In this document: positions 25,136 to 38,014 of the stretch, piece by piece | How the letters are laid out: every line of letters begins with the position of its first letter | How positions within the stretch are numbered: the stretch's first letter is position 1 | Origin: Podarcis melisellensis | Taxonomy: Eukaryota | Reading direction: 5' to 3' (one strand) | Length of the DNA stretch: 64,000 bases | NCBI GenBank assembly: GCA_964234715.1 | Contig: OZ174276.1 | Translations under genes and position numbers: made by a program | The notes under the pieces: generated by a model | Told to the model about the DNA's origin: nothing | The model's input: the letters and a program-made list of their open reading frames with translations, nothing else | Database searches by the model: none

Positions 25136-25423
25136 AAATCATAGACCTGTAAGTTAGAAGGGACTCTAGGATCGTCCAACCCCCTGCAATGCAGGAATCT
25201 CAACTACATGACAGATGGCCATCCAACCTCTGTTCAAAAGTCTCCAAGGAAGGAGAGTCCACAACCTCCAATGGGAGTCTGTTCCACTCTCAAACAGCTC
25301 TTACTGTCAGAAAGTTCTTCCTGATGTTTAGTCGGAATCTCTTTTCTTGTAACTTGAATCCACTGTTTTGGGTCTAGACTCCAGAGCAGGAGTAAACAAG
25401 CTTGCACCATCCTCCATATGACA
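25136..25423 (-). mobile_element. CR1 LINE 3' fragment
   Basis: Minus strand carries the CR1 ORF2 end (catcaggaagaactttctgacagtaagagctgtt...tggaacagactccc) and a 3' UTR ending ctatgatt. Confidence 0.8.
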
Positions 25424-26194
25424 GTGCAATTTTGTGGTAGTTTAGTATACATACCTTCTATAGAAGCCTATTTTATATGTGTTTAAGAATGCTCTGAGCA
25501 CACAGCCAAGAGCAAACATATCAGACTAGACAAGAAAGTTGTACCTCCCAACAATTACCAGTCAATTTCATTAAGGCAACTTACTGAATTAAATAACAAG
25601 TGACTGTGACAAAGTAAGGTTTTTGACCCATACATGAGCTGTGCTATTATAAATCCAATCCAAGGCAATTTGGAAGTCGTCCACACATTATATCATATGA
25701 GTTGTTCCTAAATGAAATGAGCGATAAACCAAACTTTAAAAGTAAGACTTATCTTCCTTAACAACCAACAGGTGGGTGGAACCTGACTCTGAGTGCAAAA
25801 AGAGCACTCAACGCAAGCACTGGAAGGAACCCTACATATATTATTTTTTTAAAAAGTACGGTAGTTTCTGCAAGGGAATCCATGTATCATCACCATTTTT
25901 CTTCCAATATGTATTTCATATCTTCACACACAGGAAGCTGTCATAAGCTTACCTAAAGCTCTTATGTTCCCCAATGGGAGATACTCCACAAAGGGAGAGT
26001 ACATATGGAACTCATTTTTATGTAGGAATGTTTCATGCTAAAGTGGAAAAGGCTCAGCAGTCAAACAGACAAAGCTAAAGGAGGAATGGAAGGGCTGCTG
26101 GACTGATGCCTTTACCATCAGCTAGCTTCAGAGTGCACCTACAGATCCTTTATGCCACCCTTCCCTTAGAGGCAAGAGCCTGGAACTTGGAATA

Positions 26195-26428
26195 GAGCCA
26201 GTGTGGTGTAGTGGTTAGAGTGTTGAACTCTTAATGCCTGAGTTCATGCTTACCTCCAGCATGGCATAGTGGTTAGGGTGCTGGATGAGGACCTGGGACC
26301 TGGGCTCAAATCCCCACTCAGCCTGAAGCTCACTGGGTGACCTTGGGCTAGTCACTGCCTTTCAGGCTAACCTACCTCACAGGGTTGTTGAGGGGATTAA
26401 ATGAAGAGGGGAGTAATATACACCACCA

Positions 26429-26479
<51 letters not shown>

Positions 26480-26558
26480 TTATTATTTATACTCTGTCCA
26501 TCTGGCTGGGTTTCCCAGCTCCTTGGAGAAAAGGTGAGATACAAATGAAACAAACAAA
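26195..26558 (+). mobile_element. MIR-like CORE SINE interrupted by an inverted L2 3' tail with (TAA)n (26428-26517)
   Basis: tagtggttag head and ctgggtgaccttgggctagtcac core; the insert matches the L2 tail at 16172-16230. Confidence 0.7.
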
Positions 26559-27377
26559 CTGCTGGTGACTAGAAAACACTACCAGAGACACCTCCCCAAT
26601 TCCAAATTACATCTTTCAGTAGATTTAATTGTAGGCCATTTTGATAGACAATTCTGGATAAAACGTAGGGCAGTAGTACTAACAACCACCAACCAGACAT
26701 AGGGGAGGAAAAAACTTTCAGGCATTAACAAACTTACGTTTATCAAATGTGACTTCTGCCTTGTACAATAGTTACTGTCTTACAAAGAAAGAAATCAGTG
26801 TGTTTGTGAATATGCGCAGTCATTTATGGCACAAAAGAAGGGTGTGTGCAGAGAAACAAGTGTAATAAACCTTTCCAGTCTTGTTGCCTGGAGGCTATTC
26901 TTATTCACCAGAGGTGTCTGTACAAGTGCTTTAAAAAAAAAAAAAAATACTGCTTCAGTTGGTTTCTCCTGCAGATGTGTACAATCTGTTCCGCTAGAGC
27001 TGAACTTGGACTCCAAAACCATCATCCCCAGCCAGGAAGGTAAATAATGGCAGCTGTAGTTTGCAACATCTGGAGAACACAAGTCCTCCACTCCTGGTGT
27101 GGAGTGTGCGCGCAATGAAATCAATAAGCTGGAAATAAATGATATGAAATATGGCGCACTACAGAATTTCCTCCAGCTTAAGGGAACTTAAGATGTTATA
27201 GAACTCAAATTAAAAACTTACTTTAAAAAAGCATATTGTGTCACCTTTTGTTAATCTGGTAAATTAGCTTTTAAAATGTATTATTATGTATTGATTATAT
27301 AGACCTTTGTTTCCTCCTCCTATAACAGACATTTTAGGGTACCTGTCTGTCAACTGAGGGGGTCTTAGGAAGCAAGA

Positions 27378-27587
27378 GCTCGGGTTAAGAGCTCAATTCA
27401 TTCTGGAGGTCCATTCTTAACCTGAAACTGTTCTTAACCTGAGGTACCACTTTAGCTAATGGGGCCTCCCACTGCCACCGCCGCACGATTTCTGTTCTCA
27501 TCCTGAAGCAAAGTTCTTAACCCAAGGTATTATTACTGGGTTATATGAGTCTGTAACCTGAAGCGTCTGCAACCCGAGGTACTACTG
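27378..27587. mobile_element. Same MITE family, one end eroded
   Basis: Reverse-complement match to 2306-2531. Confidence 0.8.
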
Positions 27588-29850
27588 TACTGCAGAAAGG
27601 TGCCACTGGCTAAATTGCTCTACTACCAGAGTGCAATTTGTGCAAATCCCAAAAATGGGGTGTAGTCATGGGCAAGGTATGGACTCAACACACACCAGAT
27701 CCAACACCCCACTCCAAGGACATGCCAAAAGCCTACTCTGGGGATGAGGATCCTCAGATCTTGAGCCTACCGTGGCCCTCCAAGCCCTTTTATCTGCCCC
27801 TTGGACATCTTCCAAAAGTACAAGGCCTTGTACTGTAATGCCTCTTGCCTGCCACATCTGTTGCTGGCTCCATCTGCCAATGGCATAAGGTCCTGGGGGG
27901 TAGCCTAGATGGAAATGCAACCTTTGGAATGAAAAAGATACCCCACCCATCCATGGTCTGTGCCATGACAGAACCTGGTGCAGTTAATTCTTCTCCCACT
28001 GACTCCCATGGGAGCTAACAAGGCAGAAAACAATTACTTCTCCTGCCAAGCTTTTTATACTACCTCTTTACACATAAACCAGGGGCACTCTGAGTGCCAC
28101 ATTAGAGTTTGGGGCCTTTAGATTCCCAACCACATGACTACTTGGCCTCTCTCTCAATTTTGCAATGCAACGGATAATAATTCAGCCCCCAACTTAGTTC
28201 CTTTGTTCACCAAAAAGGCATTTTTTCCAAAATCAGTTCTGAAGAACCAGAGTTATTTCCTCCACTTCCAATGCCCCCACCTTGTAATCCCAAAAGCAAG
28301 CCATGCAGCACTGCAGAGTACTGACCAATACAATAGATATTCAAAGTTGCAGCACCAGAACATGCTTAAGAGCTAATCCATTTAAAGCAACAGTGTGCAA
28401 TAAGCTCCATACACCTTCATGCCTTTCAAGATCAAGTCTTCCTCTACAGGCAGAAGTTGGACCAAAGATAGACAGCCTTTCAGAGGATTACAGAAGTTGC
28501 TGACTTGCTCCCGGCTTCTAAGCCTCGAGTTAACAGGTAGAGATGGTCATAGATGTTAGACAATAGAAGTGTGCTCAAGCCCCACCCAGCGCGAGGAATC
28601 ACTTACAGAAACCACGCCAGATAAAGATATTCACTGCCTAGATCTACAAGCCAGACAAAAAGGAAGCCAAGAAACGGTGCCAGGGGTGACGCAAAAGGGT
28701 TTTGGGAGCACCTAATCCTGTTGATCGGGGAGGGGTATCAGCCTCCTTTGTTAGGCTGGGAAGCAGAAGCACACGGATCAATCTGCTGAGCGAGTCTGAC
28801 ACAGCCCAGCCTCAAGAGCGCGCCCCCGCCCCGCAGCTGTTTCTTTGGGGAGAAGAAGGGAAAAAGCTGTGGCAAGCGAAAGGCTCCGCGGCCCCCGAGC
28901 AGATTCCGGGCTGGGTGCGGCTCCCACCCTCGCAAGCCAAAGAATCTTATCCGTCGTGGCGGAAAGCAGACAGTACTGTACTGTACTAAACTAAAGCCTC
29001 GTGGCTAATCCTCTTTTTTTGGGGGGGTGTAAGAGGCCTATTCTCAACATGCACAAAAACATTCCCCCCCTAAAACTATCCTCTTATAAAAGCTCCAGCC
29101 CCCCCCCCACCCGCAAGCAATATGGTGCGTCATTTCCCCGTTTCCCAACAATCTGCAGTTCCGAAGCCGAGAAGCAGGGGCTTCTTCCCGACGATCGCAG
29201 CATACAAAGGGGAAGGCAAGTACGACACAGGTCCGGAAAAGCGAGCGAGGCCTCGAAGGAGAGAAAAGGCGGGCCGCCGGCTCCCCACTTCCAGCAGCGG
29301 AGAGCTGGACGGCACCACGCCTGTCTTCGAGGCATCCTGGCAGACATAAAAGGGAAGGCGGCTCCTGCCTGCCTGCCCACCCGCCCTAGAGACGCATCCA
29401 GGCGGTGTGTGGGTGTGGACCGCCGGGAGGAAAGTCCCGGAGCCGCGGCATGACAATAGGCCACCCGCGGTCTCTGTGCGCCTGAAGGAAAGCGCCCACA
29501 CCCGTGTAGTGGCCTCGTGCGGACGACCCCTTCGCCACCCAGGAAAAGCCTCGGGCGGCCGCGAACCGGATTCCCCGTTTGCCAAGCGGAACTGGCTCCC
29601 CAAGACCCTCCCAGGCCCACCGGAGGACCCCCCTGCCCAACACCCGCGTTGGTGGGGGGCTTCACGTGTCCGGCGGCAACCACGTGTGAACGGAAGAACC
29701 GCCACCGCCGCCAACCCAAGAGACATGGGCTCTGGCCCGCTCCCCATACGGTCCAGGGAAAGGAAGGGGGAAAGCGGAGGATGGGAAGCGGCGACGTATA
29801 TATAGATATGAAACCAAGGAAACGGTCCCCGGGAAACGGTCTAAACCGAC

Positions 29851-29906
29851 CTGGAACTGCTTCGCCCGCTGGGGTCCATCCCCTTGTAGGTGGTCGTGGT
29901 GGTCAT
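29851..29906 (-). CDS. JPT1: Jupiter microtubule-associated homolog 1 (HN1), exon 1
   Basis: MTTTTTYKGMDPSGRSSS+R; gccATG context; CpG island; AG|gtcggt donor. Confidence 0.95.
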
Positions 29907-30030
29907 GGCGGAGAAGAAGCCGGGTGAGGAGCCGCCCGAGGAAGAGGTAAGCGGAAGGTCTTATTCCCGCAACCCAACACCGTACTACTGCCGGCGTCAA
30001 CTGCAGTAGCCGCTTGGCGCTGGCAGCTCC

Positions 30031-30290
30031 TTTTATACCCGTCATGGCTCGTGCCGTCCTATTGGACAGTTCAAAACCGTTCCCCCGGTCTCACTTGCCG
30101 GCCTCGTGCCACTCCAGAGATCGTCCCGCCTCCGGGTGCCGGAGACTGGTCCAGCCACAAGCACGCCCCGCTGGACTGGACGAGAGGTACTTTTGCTCAG
30201 CGCTTATTGGTTGTCCCAGAGCGCTCTCCCCCTTTGTTTCCGATTTAACGGTGTGGCTGCCACTCAAATCAATTGGGTGCTGATTGGCTG
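30031..30290 (-). promoter_or_regulatory. JPT1 promoter: TATA, four CCAAT boxes, CHR, MYB-like site
   Basis: On the minus strand: TATAAAA 30031-30037; CCAAT at 30061, 30206, 30272, 30283; TTTGAA 30070-30075. TAACGG on plus at 30246-30251. All within a CpG island (~28800-30450). Confidence 0.7.
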
Positions 30291-31883
30291 GGCTACACAT
30301 GAGGCAATAACAACTTCGTTAGCCTTTCTTTACGAGATAGCAGTTTAAGGGGATCCCTTCATAGGGAGTGGCATAGCAGGGATGCGTGAAGAGGTGTTTG
30401 GTCGCGCCCCGGAACCTGAAAGAAACCCGGCACGTCCAGGGTTTGGCCCTCATAATGTATGAAAAGAAAGTGCCGCTCTTCCCTTTCAAACTACTGTACA
30501 CAAAACCGCGCAACACAACAAATCACTGGCAACTCACTACTTCAGTTCAATGCCCCGTAGTTTTGCTGCTTCCAGGATATGATTGAACTGGGTGGTGCTA
30601 ACATTCCTACCGCATGAGCGGGCAAAAAATAAAAATACTTGAATATAGAAGTATGCAGTACAATGGTATCACATTATTGCTTTGCGATGTAAAACCACGA
30701 TGTGTAAGAAGGTAGAAAGGAAAAAGCTGACATCTCTCTTGAGGCAGGCAGCATGACTGGGCATGAAATAGGCAGGTTTCCGCATGAAGAAAAATTGGGT
30801 TTTTTTCGGGGGGGGGGAGATAAAGCAGAGTGTTTGACTTTTCACTAAAATGTAGGTTCCGGCAGCTGCTTTGCAAAGCACTTGGTATTTAAACAGGCCA
30901 GTATTTTTTTAATACTTTGATGTTTTAGATGAGGACTCCTCTCCAAACGCACCTTCAGTTTTGCTCTAGGAAAAATAGGGTGGCAATTTACCATGCGATC
31001 AGTGGCCAGCAGACTTTTTATTCTACAAAGCTACGAAAGTATGCATGTACATGCATGTTTGAGAACATGAAGCAACAGTCAAGTAAAAAAAAAAAATTTT
31101 TAAGCCAAGAGGGCACTATAGTTCTATCTCAAGGTTTTGTTATTCTGATATGACATAATCCTACTCAGTACAAAGGAAGTGCATCATTTACTTTTCTGGG
31201 AATGGGAACACTTAAAAGGTGCTGGTCTCAAGTGTAGTACTGACACGATAGCAAAAGGTAATCAGTGTGAACTCACTTTAAGCAGGGTTATCAAGTAATA
31301 CTAGCTTCTCACATTTATAGAGTACTGTCTCCTCAGTCCCGCTGTTGAAACAAGCATTTCTAATCACTTCTCCATATTGAGACATAGATGGGGGGGGACC
31401 TATTTCCCTATTTAAAGTCATTCAGTTAAGGGGGGGAGAGAAAGACTGTAACGAGATGAGATCATGGCTGTCTCAGTAAAGGTAAATTAAGGGGGATGGA
31501 ACTGAAACCACCCAGTCAAAACACTTAACTCTCCACACTCCCTGACACTCCCTGAAAGCTTGTTATTTCATGGAGGTTGTCTTCAGATAATTACCCTCTT
31601 TGGCATCCTTTACTCCTGTCTCCTCTCCTGTGAATGACTGCAGTCTCTTACTCTTGGGAGGGTGAAAAGAGCAACACATAAAGTGTCTGCACTATCCCAT
31701 CCTTTCATACCAGAATTTGCTGTTGGTCCTACTTGGCACCAGGCACTCATTTTGTATAGAGGCCACCCCGTAAGTAGGTAGCTGCTTTCATAAATTACTG
31801 AATTTCTGGGGGCTCTCAGAAGTTTTTTTATCTGTGCTACAGACTAAGACAAGTTACTTCTCCTAATTATCTGTATAAACCAT

Positions 31884-32087
31884 AGTTCCAGTTACAGATA
31901 GGTAGCTGTGTTGGTCTGCCATAGTCAAAACAAAACAAAATCCTTCCAGTAGCACCTTAAAGACCAACTAAGTTAGTTCTATCTGAACCTATACCTACCT
32001 GAAGAAGTGTGCATGCACACGAAAGCTCATACCAAGAACTAACTTAGTTGGTCTTTAAGGTGCTACTGGAAGGAATTTTTTTTGCTT
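31884..32087. mobile_element. Penelope-like element, inverted (tail-out) short insertion
   Basis: Two inverted copies of the same terminal sequence; 12-bp TSD tgtataaaccat. Confidence 0.78.
31999..32032 (+). ncRNA. Minimal type-I hammerhead ribozyme core (Penelope-derived)
   Basis: CTGAAGA-a-GTGTGC/at/GCACAC-GAAA-GC-TC-atac: intact core boxes and helix II. Helix I is degenerate in this copy. Confidence 0.6.
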
Positions 32088-33719
32088 TGTATAAACCATG
32101 ATAGTATTTTTGTTAACTGGGCGATGTAAGCAGGCATGAAGAAGCACTGGAATACCACACCCCTTTGAAAGCAACTCCATTTGGCTGAGAGGAAGCTATG
32201 CCCACGGGAATCAATCTAGAAAATGATAATTGTAGGTGTTCGATTCCAGATGATCAAGTAGGAAAAATAGGTCATCATGAATCCAACACTTTCCTCAAGT
32301 ACGGTAAATGTCCCATTGCTGCTGACACAAATATATTTCTGTCTTTCTTAAACTCATCAGACCATGTATTTAAATCTTTGAAACAGATGGGTTATTTTTT
32401 GAACATACCCCTCTTCACGTTTGCAGAATGGTAGATATGCAATTTATCAAATATTTATTAGCTAGCCCTATAAATACAGTGCATATGCAGAAGCACTGGG
32501 CAGTGTATATGCCATTTCAGAGCTAATATTGCCCCTTACCACCCTGTTTTTAGAAAATATGTCAAGGCACATCTTCCTAATTTGAACTTCTGTATCTTTT
32601 AGTAGTAGTGTTTTTATCACATTTTTATTTTTAATACACTGCCTTGGTAGTTTTCAGAAAGGCAGTACAAAAGTAAATAAGCATAACATTTCTGGAATAC
32701 AGATGCTCTTGCTTAACTCCATTCCAACAAGACAGTAACAATTTCATTTTAGTAATAAATTTCTTGAGATTGCCTTGTCTTAAAATACTTATAAGTACAT
32801 ACTATCAGGTGAATCTATACAATTTTGGGTGGAGACAAAATCTTAAATTTAAAAATACGTTAGAAAATATACCCCAGTATTCTTAGGACATTCTTAAAAT
32901 TTGGATTTCATCAGCATGCGTAGAACTCAAATTATGACAATGGATGCTGAAGCCTCTCTCCTGCCTCTCCTTCCATCTCGTCTCAAGAAGCCCCATATCA
33001 TGGATTTTTAACAGCAGAAGCAGAACCAGTAATATTTACAGTAAAATTACAATCTTAAACCTGGCTGCTCTGAACTAGATACCTCAACTTTATCACAACT
33101 TATGACCGTGGGCTGCCAGTTTTGCACCAGCTCCTATGCCTCCTATGAAGGCTTACCTGAATCTCCATAAGGCAACAAGAGTAACTTAACTGCCCAGCTG
33201 CAGCAGGGTTCTGGAAAAAGTAGGAAGGCAACTGCATATATGGCAATCTCTGCACTAACAACTTCTCAGCACTAATTAGGCCTTCACACTAATGCTAGAA
33301 CCCCAATGTTGTATTCACATAAAAGATTACAAGACAGGAACAAACTACTACTACTACTGTTGTTTTTGATGAGAGCACTGTTTTAATTACTAAATGTGTA
33401 AAATAATCTCATAATATCCTAACCATATTTTACTCCCTAGCAGATGAAAAACATGTAAATACTGAGCCCTCTATTAATGTAATAGCTTTATCCTTTTTTA
33501 TAACTTAACAGCAGTTTATTGTAAGGAACAGTACTTTATATTTTACAGATTACTTTGTTATGAACTTAAGTAGGCAAAACTAATGTGACATAGGAGATCC
33601 ACTATCCAGTTATTTTTAATAACTGATCCCAAGCAACTACTCCAAAGATAGGGGAAATGACGTTTCATCCCCTTTCATCTTAGGCTATTTCCCTCAATCT
33701 AAATCAGCCTTCTCAAGCT

Positions 33720-34310
33720 ATTCATTTATTTATATGCCACCAACTCATATTTCAAGGCAGAGTACAATAATATATACAACAAAACATAAAACACCATAAA
33801 AACAATATAAAATGATTATGAAAATGACTAGCTAATCAATAAAGTTTTAACAGCTGCGCAGGTCCTAATGGCATAAAAAGATCTTTATGAAAGTACTAAG
33901 AGTGCCTGCTAAATCTCTCCTGAAATAGTATTTATTCCACAGGTCAGATGTGGAATGTCCATCTTCTAGCGGAGACCAGTCAGTCCTCTCTAACATGTGG
34001 GACAACTAACAGCGCTCTTCTGGATGATCTGACTGATTGATCACCAATCACAGGTTCAGGAAGTCCTTAAGATATCCTGGACCCAAAGTTGTTCAGGCCT
34101 AGTCCAGGAGCATATGGGCAGCCAGGGCAGAGGTTTTAGCAGAGGTGCTCCATGCTATTGGCCATCTGACACCATCAGCAGCCTAGCCCCTGCATTCTGC
34201 ACTAGCTGGAGCTTCTAGACCAGGCCCAAGTGCAGCCCCACATATAGCCCACGACAGGAATCCAGTCTCAAGGTTACCACTAGCCGAGCCAGCCCAATCC
34301 TGATGCGGCC
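33720..34310 (-). mobile_element. Older degraded L2 fragment
   Basis: gcattctgcactagctggagcttc...gcagccccacata parallels the RT C-terminus at ~16660-16730. Confidence 0.6.
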
Positions 34311-34736
34311 AAAACGGTTGTTCCAGAGAAAGCAGGTAAAAGGCACTACTAACTACACCTCCAAGCTTTATACCTGCTTCCAGAGGAGTGCAACCCCACC
34401 CAGAACCGGAAATTTGTCTCTATCTTCCAGACCCATAAACCACCTCTCCATAAAGCCTCCATCTTGCGTTTCTCCCCACAAAGTTAATAGCAGGGTGATG
34501 GGTTGCTTTTTAGATAGGGGGAATGTGAGGGAAACTGTATGTGAAAAAAGGGTTAAACATTTCACCAGCACTTCAAAGTAGCTGTGTGAGGATGGATAAT
34601 CACTAAAAAGCCTCGAAGGAACCTAGCCACAGATCACCCACATTACATATTGTTTGACCCTAGTCTTTCAGAACAGCCTGTCAATTATACACAAATATAA
34701 AGGTGCGTGCCAGCTGGTTTCCTTTTGTATATACTT

Positions 34737-34872
34737 GGGATAGCTCAGTTGGTAGAGCATGAGACTCTTAATCTCAGTCATGGGTCTGACCCAACGTTGG
34801 ACAGGTTTCCTGCATTGCAAGGGGTTGATCCAGATGACCCTTGTGGTCCCTTCCAACTCTATGATTCTATGA
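34737..34872 (+). mobile_element. tRNA-Lys(CTT)-headed SINE with CR1-type tail
   Basis: tagctcagttggtagagcatgagactcttaatctcag ... ggtcccttccaactctatgattctatga. Confidence 0.82.
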
Positions 34873-35702
34873 AACACAAGCAAAACATTTTCATCTGGCT
34901 ATCTATTGTAGAAACCTTGGCATTTCTTTCCAAGGTTTCCAGTACAAGAGCTATTCTTTTTTTAAAAAAAGGATAAAAGTCTGTCTCTCTGCCTCTGACA
35001 ATTTTACTCTGCTCTAGACAGTAGGGGGCAGCATAATAACTGGGCAAGCAATTTGATGAAACAACAGCAAGTAACTAGTGGATTCAGTGTCTGCCACATC
35101 AGCTGACTCATCCCAAGTTTAAATGTTATCACAACACAGAAAAATAAGCTTATTTTAAACAAGAAGTTTATTTAAACAACAAGACGCTTTACTTGAAGGG
35201 AAAACTATCCAAGATCAAATTTTTGTTTAGAGTAATTTACCCCTACTTAAAGACAGATTGCTCTACATGTAACAGCTACGTACAAAAAAGTTATAAAATC
35301 GTCCTTGGTTGTACAACGATAAAAGAAAAACATTGAAATTATCCAATCAAATAAGGTATGCAAGGTTTTTGTTTTTCAACAATGAGAGCAAAATAACTTA
35401 CTGGAATATAAAGATAAAAGTTAGAGGAGCATGCCATGGAGGAATGGGGCATTTTCACAGACCAGTTTGTTTTTACCACCCCATCTCCATATGATGTTGA
35501 TCAAAACATACCATTGGCCATTTAGTTAAAAAAAATATGCATGTCTGTGCACATACACCAGTTACGTTATGTACAATAGAAGGAATAGGAAAGGAAATCA
35601 AAGAGAGAAAGCTATACTGCAGTAGTCAAGATGTGGCTGAACCAAGTCTCGTTTTTCTAATTGTGAATGTGTTGTCTGTGGGAAAGGGAGTTTGGTTCTC
35701 TT

Positions 35703-35765
35703 TTAGTAGACTCCTCCTGTCTGCTGCTGGAACACATCAATTGTATCTTCGTCCTCCATTTCCAA
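35703..35765 (-). CDS. SUMO2: SUMO2 exon 4 (total 95 aa)
   Basis: LEMEDEDTIDVFQQQTGGVY*: the di-Gly followed by VY is the SUMO2 tail. Minus-strand AATAAA at 35167-35172. Confidence 0.97.
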   Translation of the reverse strand: MEMEDEDTIDVFQQQTGGVY

Positions 35766-36685
35766 CTGCATTGAAAAGATTTAAAATTCAATTCAAAATA
35801 CAACAAATGACACAATCAAAACAAAGAACTACAAGCAAATACAAGAGCCTAAAGATTGTTCTGTGGTTGTAACACGACGTCCTAAACTAGAAAACAAGGT
35901 TGCATTACAGAATGAGTGAACTGAATTCTGTTGGTACTGCCAGACTCAATGGATTGGATCAACAGAAGCACGAATGGCACAGAGCTTGTGCAACGGGGAT
36001 TTTCTGGTTTATCTTTCCCAATGGAGTCCCAGGTGTCTCTCAAAAGCCACTCCATAGGGAGCAAAGACCCTTCCAGAATGGCATAGTATGGGCATGCGGG
36101 GGGGAGGGGAGAGCGCTACTGCAGGATAGGAAGACTGACAGAATTCAGGAAAGGCTATCTTGTCTGCATGCAAGTGTCTTCTTTCCACTTGTGCAAGACA
36201 CTTTTGAATCGAAGCCAACAGAGATTAATAATCCAGAGTTAATTATAGTAAACTTAAGTGCATTTTCTGTAATTAAGACAGAAGAATTGTTCTATTCACT
36301 TGTCAGGATGGTGAATCCGTAACAATAATAATGTATTACTGTACAGGGATCAGATTAAAACTCCCTACACCTGCAATGAAGGCTAAAGTATTAGGATGGC
36401 ACAGGGAGAATTGGGTAAAATTCAAATTGTACTTTTAGGTTGTCGCAAACTGCATGCAGAACCCGATTATCAAGAACTAGGGACATAAAATCTAAAAAAT
36501 AAATAAATTGCTGCATTTGGCAATTAACTGAAAAAGTGTTCTACATACCACAGTGTTAGTTGCAAATCAGCATGACCTACCTATTAACATGGATAAGATT
36601 TAGTATTAAACTATTTCGTAGCTGATATTTGTATTCTTATTTTCTGTTTTCATTCTAGCAGAAACTTTGGCAGCTTTTTTCTTAC

Positions 36686-36757
36686 CTGTGCAGGTGTATC
36701 TGTTTCATTGATTGGCTGCCCATCAAACCGGAATCTGATTTGCCTCATTGACAAACC
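36686..36757 (-). CDS. SUMO2: SUMO2 exon 3
   Basis: [24 protein letters not shown]. Confidence 0.97.
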
Positions 36758-37972
36758 CTACATAAATACAAATTTTAAAAAGGAAGAGTCTCAATTACTT
36801 ATCAGCTGAGCCAAACAGCTACCACAAGCCATCATACTTATTTTACCAATCTTTGCATTTACGAAAAGTATACCAAAATACAATTATTGAGTGGTAAATT
36901 AAGTGTTGCTTGTGTAATAAAGGTGTTCAGAAGTGCCCCTACTGGTAGCATGTAGGAGATGCTAGATAAATTTTCAAGTCCAAAAGCAGTGATTTCAGAT
37001 CACAATTGGGAGTAAACTTGAATGAGACTTTAGGGTGGCAAGTCTCAGAAGGACTGACATTTCAGAAGGATAGCAGGATTCACTTAATGTACCCCATTAG
37101 TGGAAGCCCTGTGCAAGGACTTACTCTTGTATGACAGGTCTCTCCCTCCCCACCCATCAAAATTGGCTGCTGGTGGTAGAACCCCACAAACAGCATTGGG
37201 GGGGGGGGGGAGCAGCGACAGTTCCATCTGGCAAGCGGCAATGCTTCTGCAGTCAGAGTATTTGTAATAATGCTACACTGAATTTCACCCACAGCCAAAC
37301 AAGAATATTTTTCTAAGTTTATTGCACTGCATTGCAAACATCTAACAAAACCGCTGTTTCTGCACTTATGAGTTCTGCAAGGCACAACAAAAGCATTTCA
37401 GAGTAAGATATGTCAAGGCTGTATATTAAGTTTAAAATTATCTTTTTTCCACTTAAGTGCAGTTCCTCTCTAATTTTTTTGGTTATACCATCATTTTGGC
37501 CACTAGGAAGCTTCAATTACCAAAATAGAAGCCAAGGTTTGCTCCCAAAATGTTACATGGGCTAGAAATCTTGAAAAGTTATAGAACTGATCCTATTAGG
37601 CTGTGCATACTAAATATGCCTAATTATTATTTGGGTATGTTTTTGAAACAATGTGAAGATGAGATAGAACCTTAGGTACGAGCATTGTTACCTTGAATGA
37701 GTGTGCACTGGTCCTTACTTCCAGTTAGTCCAGAAGTAAAATAAACTATCATGACTAAGCCCATATATTGTACATCCAAACTGCTCTGCCCTCTTTAACC
37801 CATTGCTTTGCTGCATACTTTTAGGGCTGCCACTTAACTACATGAACTGACACATTCTACCACAAGTAGAAATTTGTCACTTGTAACATACTGTACTTTA
37901 GCCCAATTGTTACTTTCAGCACCAAAGGCCAAAGCTACATTTCTTGTGTGCTCATTTTATAACTAATAATGC

Positions 37973-37974
<2 letters not shown>

Positions 37975-38013
<39 letters not shown>
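37975..38013. repeat. (TAT)n microsatellite
   Basis: Direct reading. Confidence 0.95.

Positions 38014-38014
<1 letters not shown>

Noticed and set aside
29001-30045. Overlapping 130-210 aa ORFs
   Set aside because: GC-rich JPT1 intron 1 / CpG island; only 29851-29906 is coding.
32150-32440. Possible extra exon between JPT1 and SUMO2
   Set aside because: All three minus frames hit early stops, and the plus ORF has no recognisable homology or splice context.
34737-34805. Functional tRNA-Lys gene (likewise tRNA-like heads at 8445, ~14020-14090 and ~52960-53020)
   Set aside because: Acceptor and T-arms are degenerate and each is fused to a CR1 tail, so these are SINE heads.
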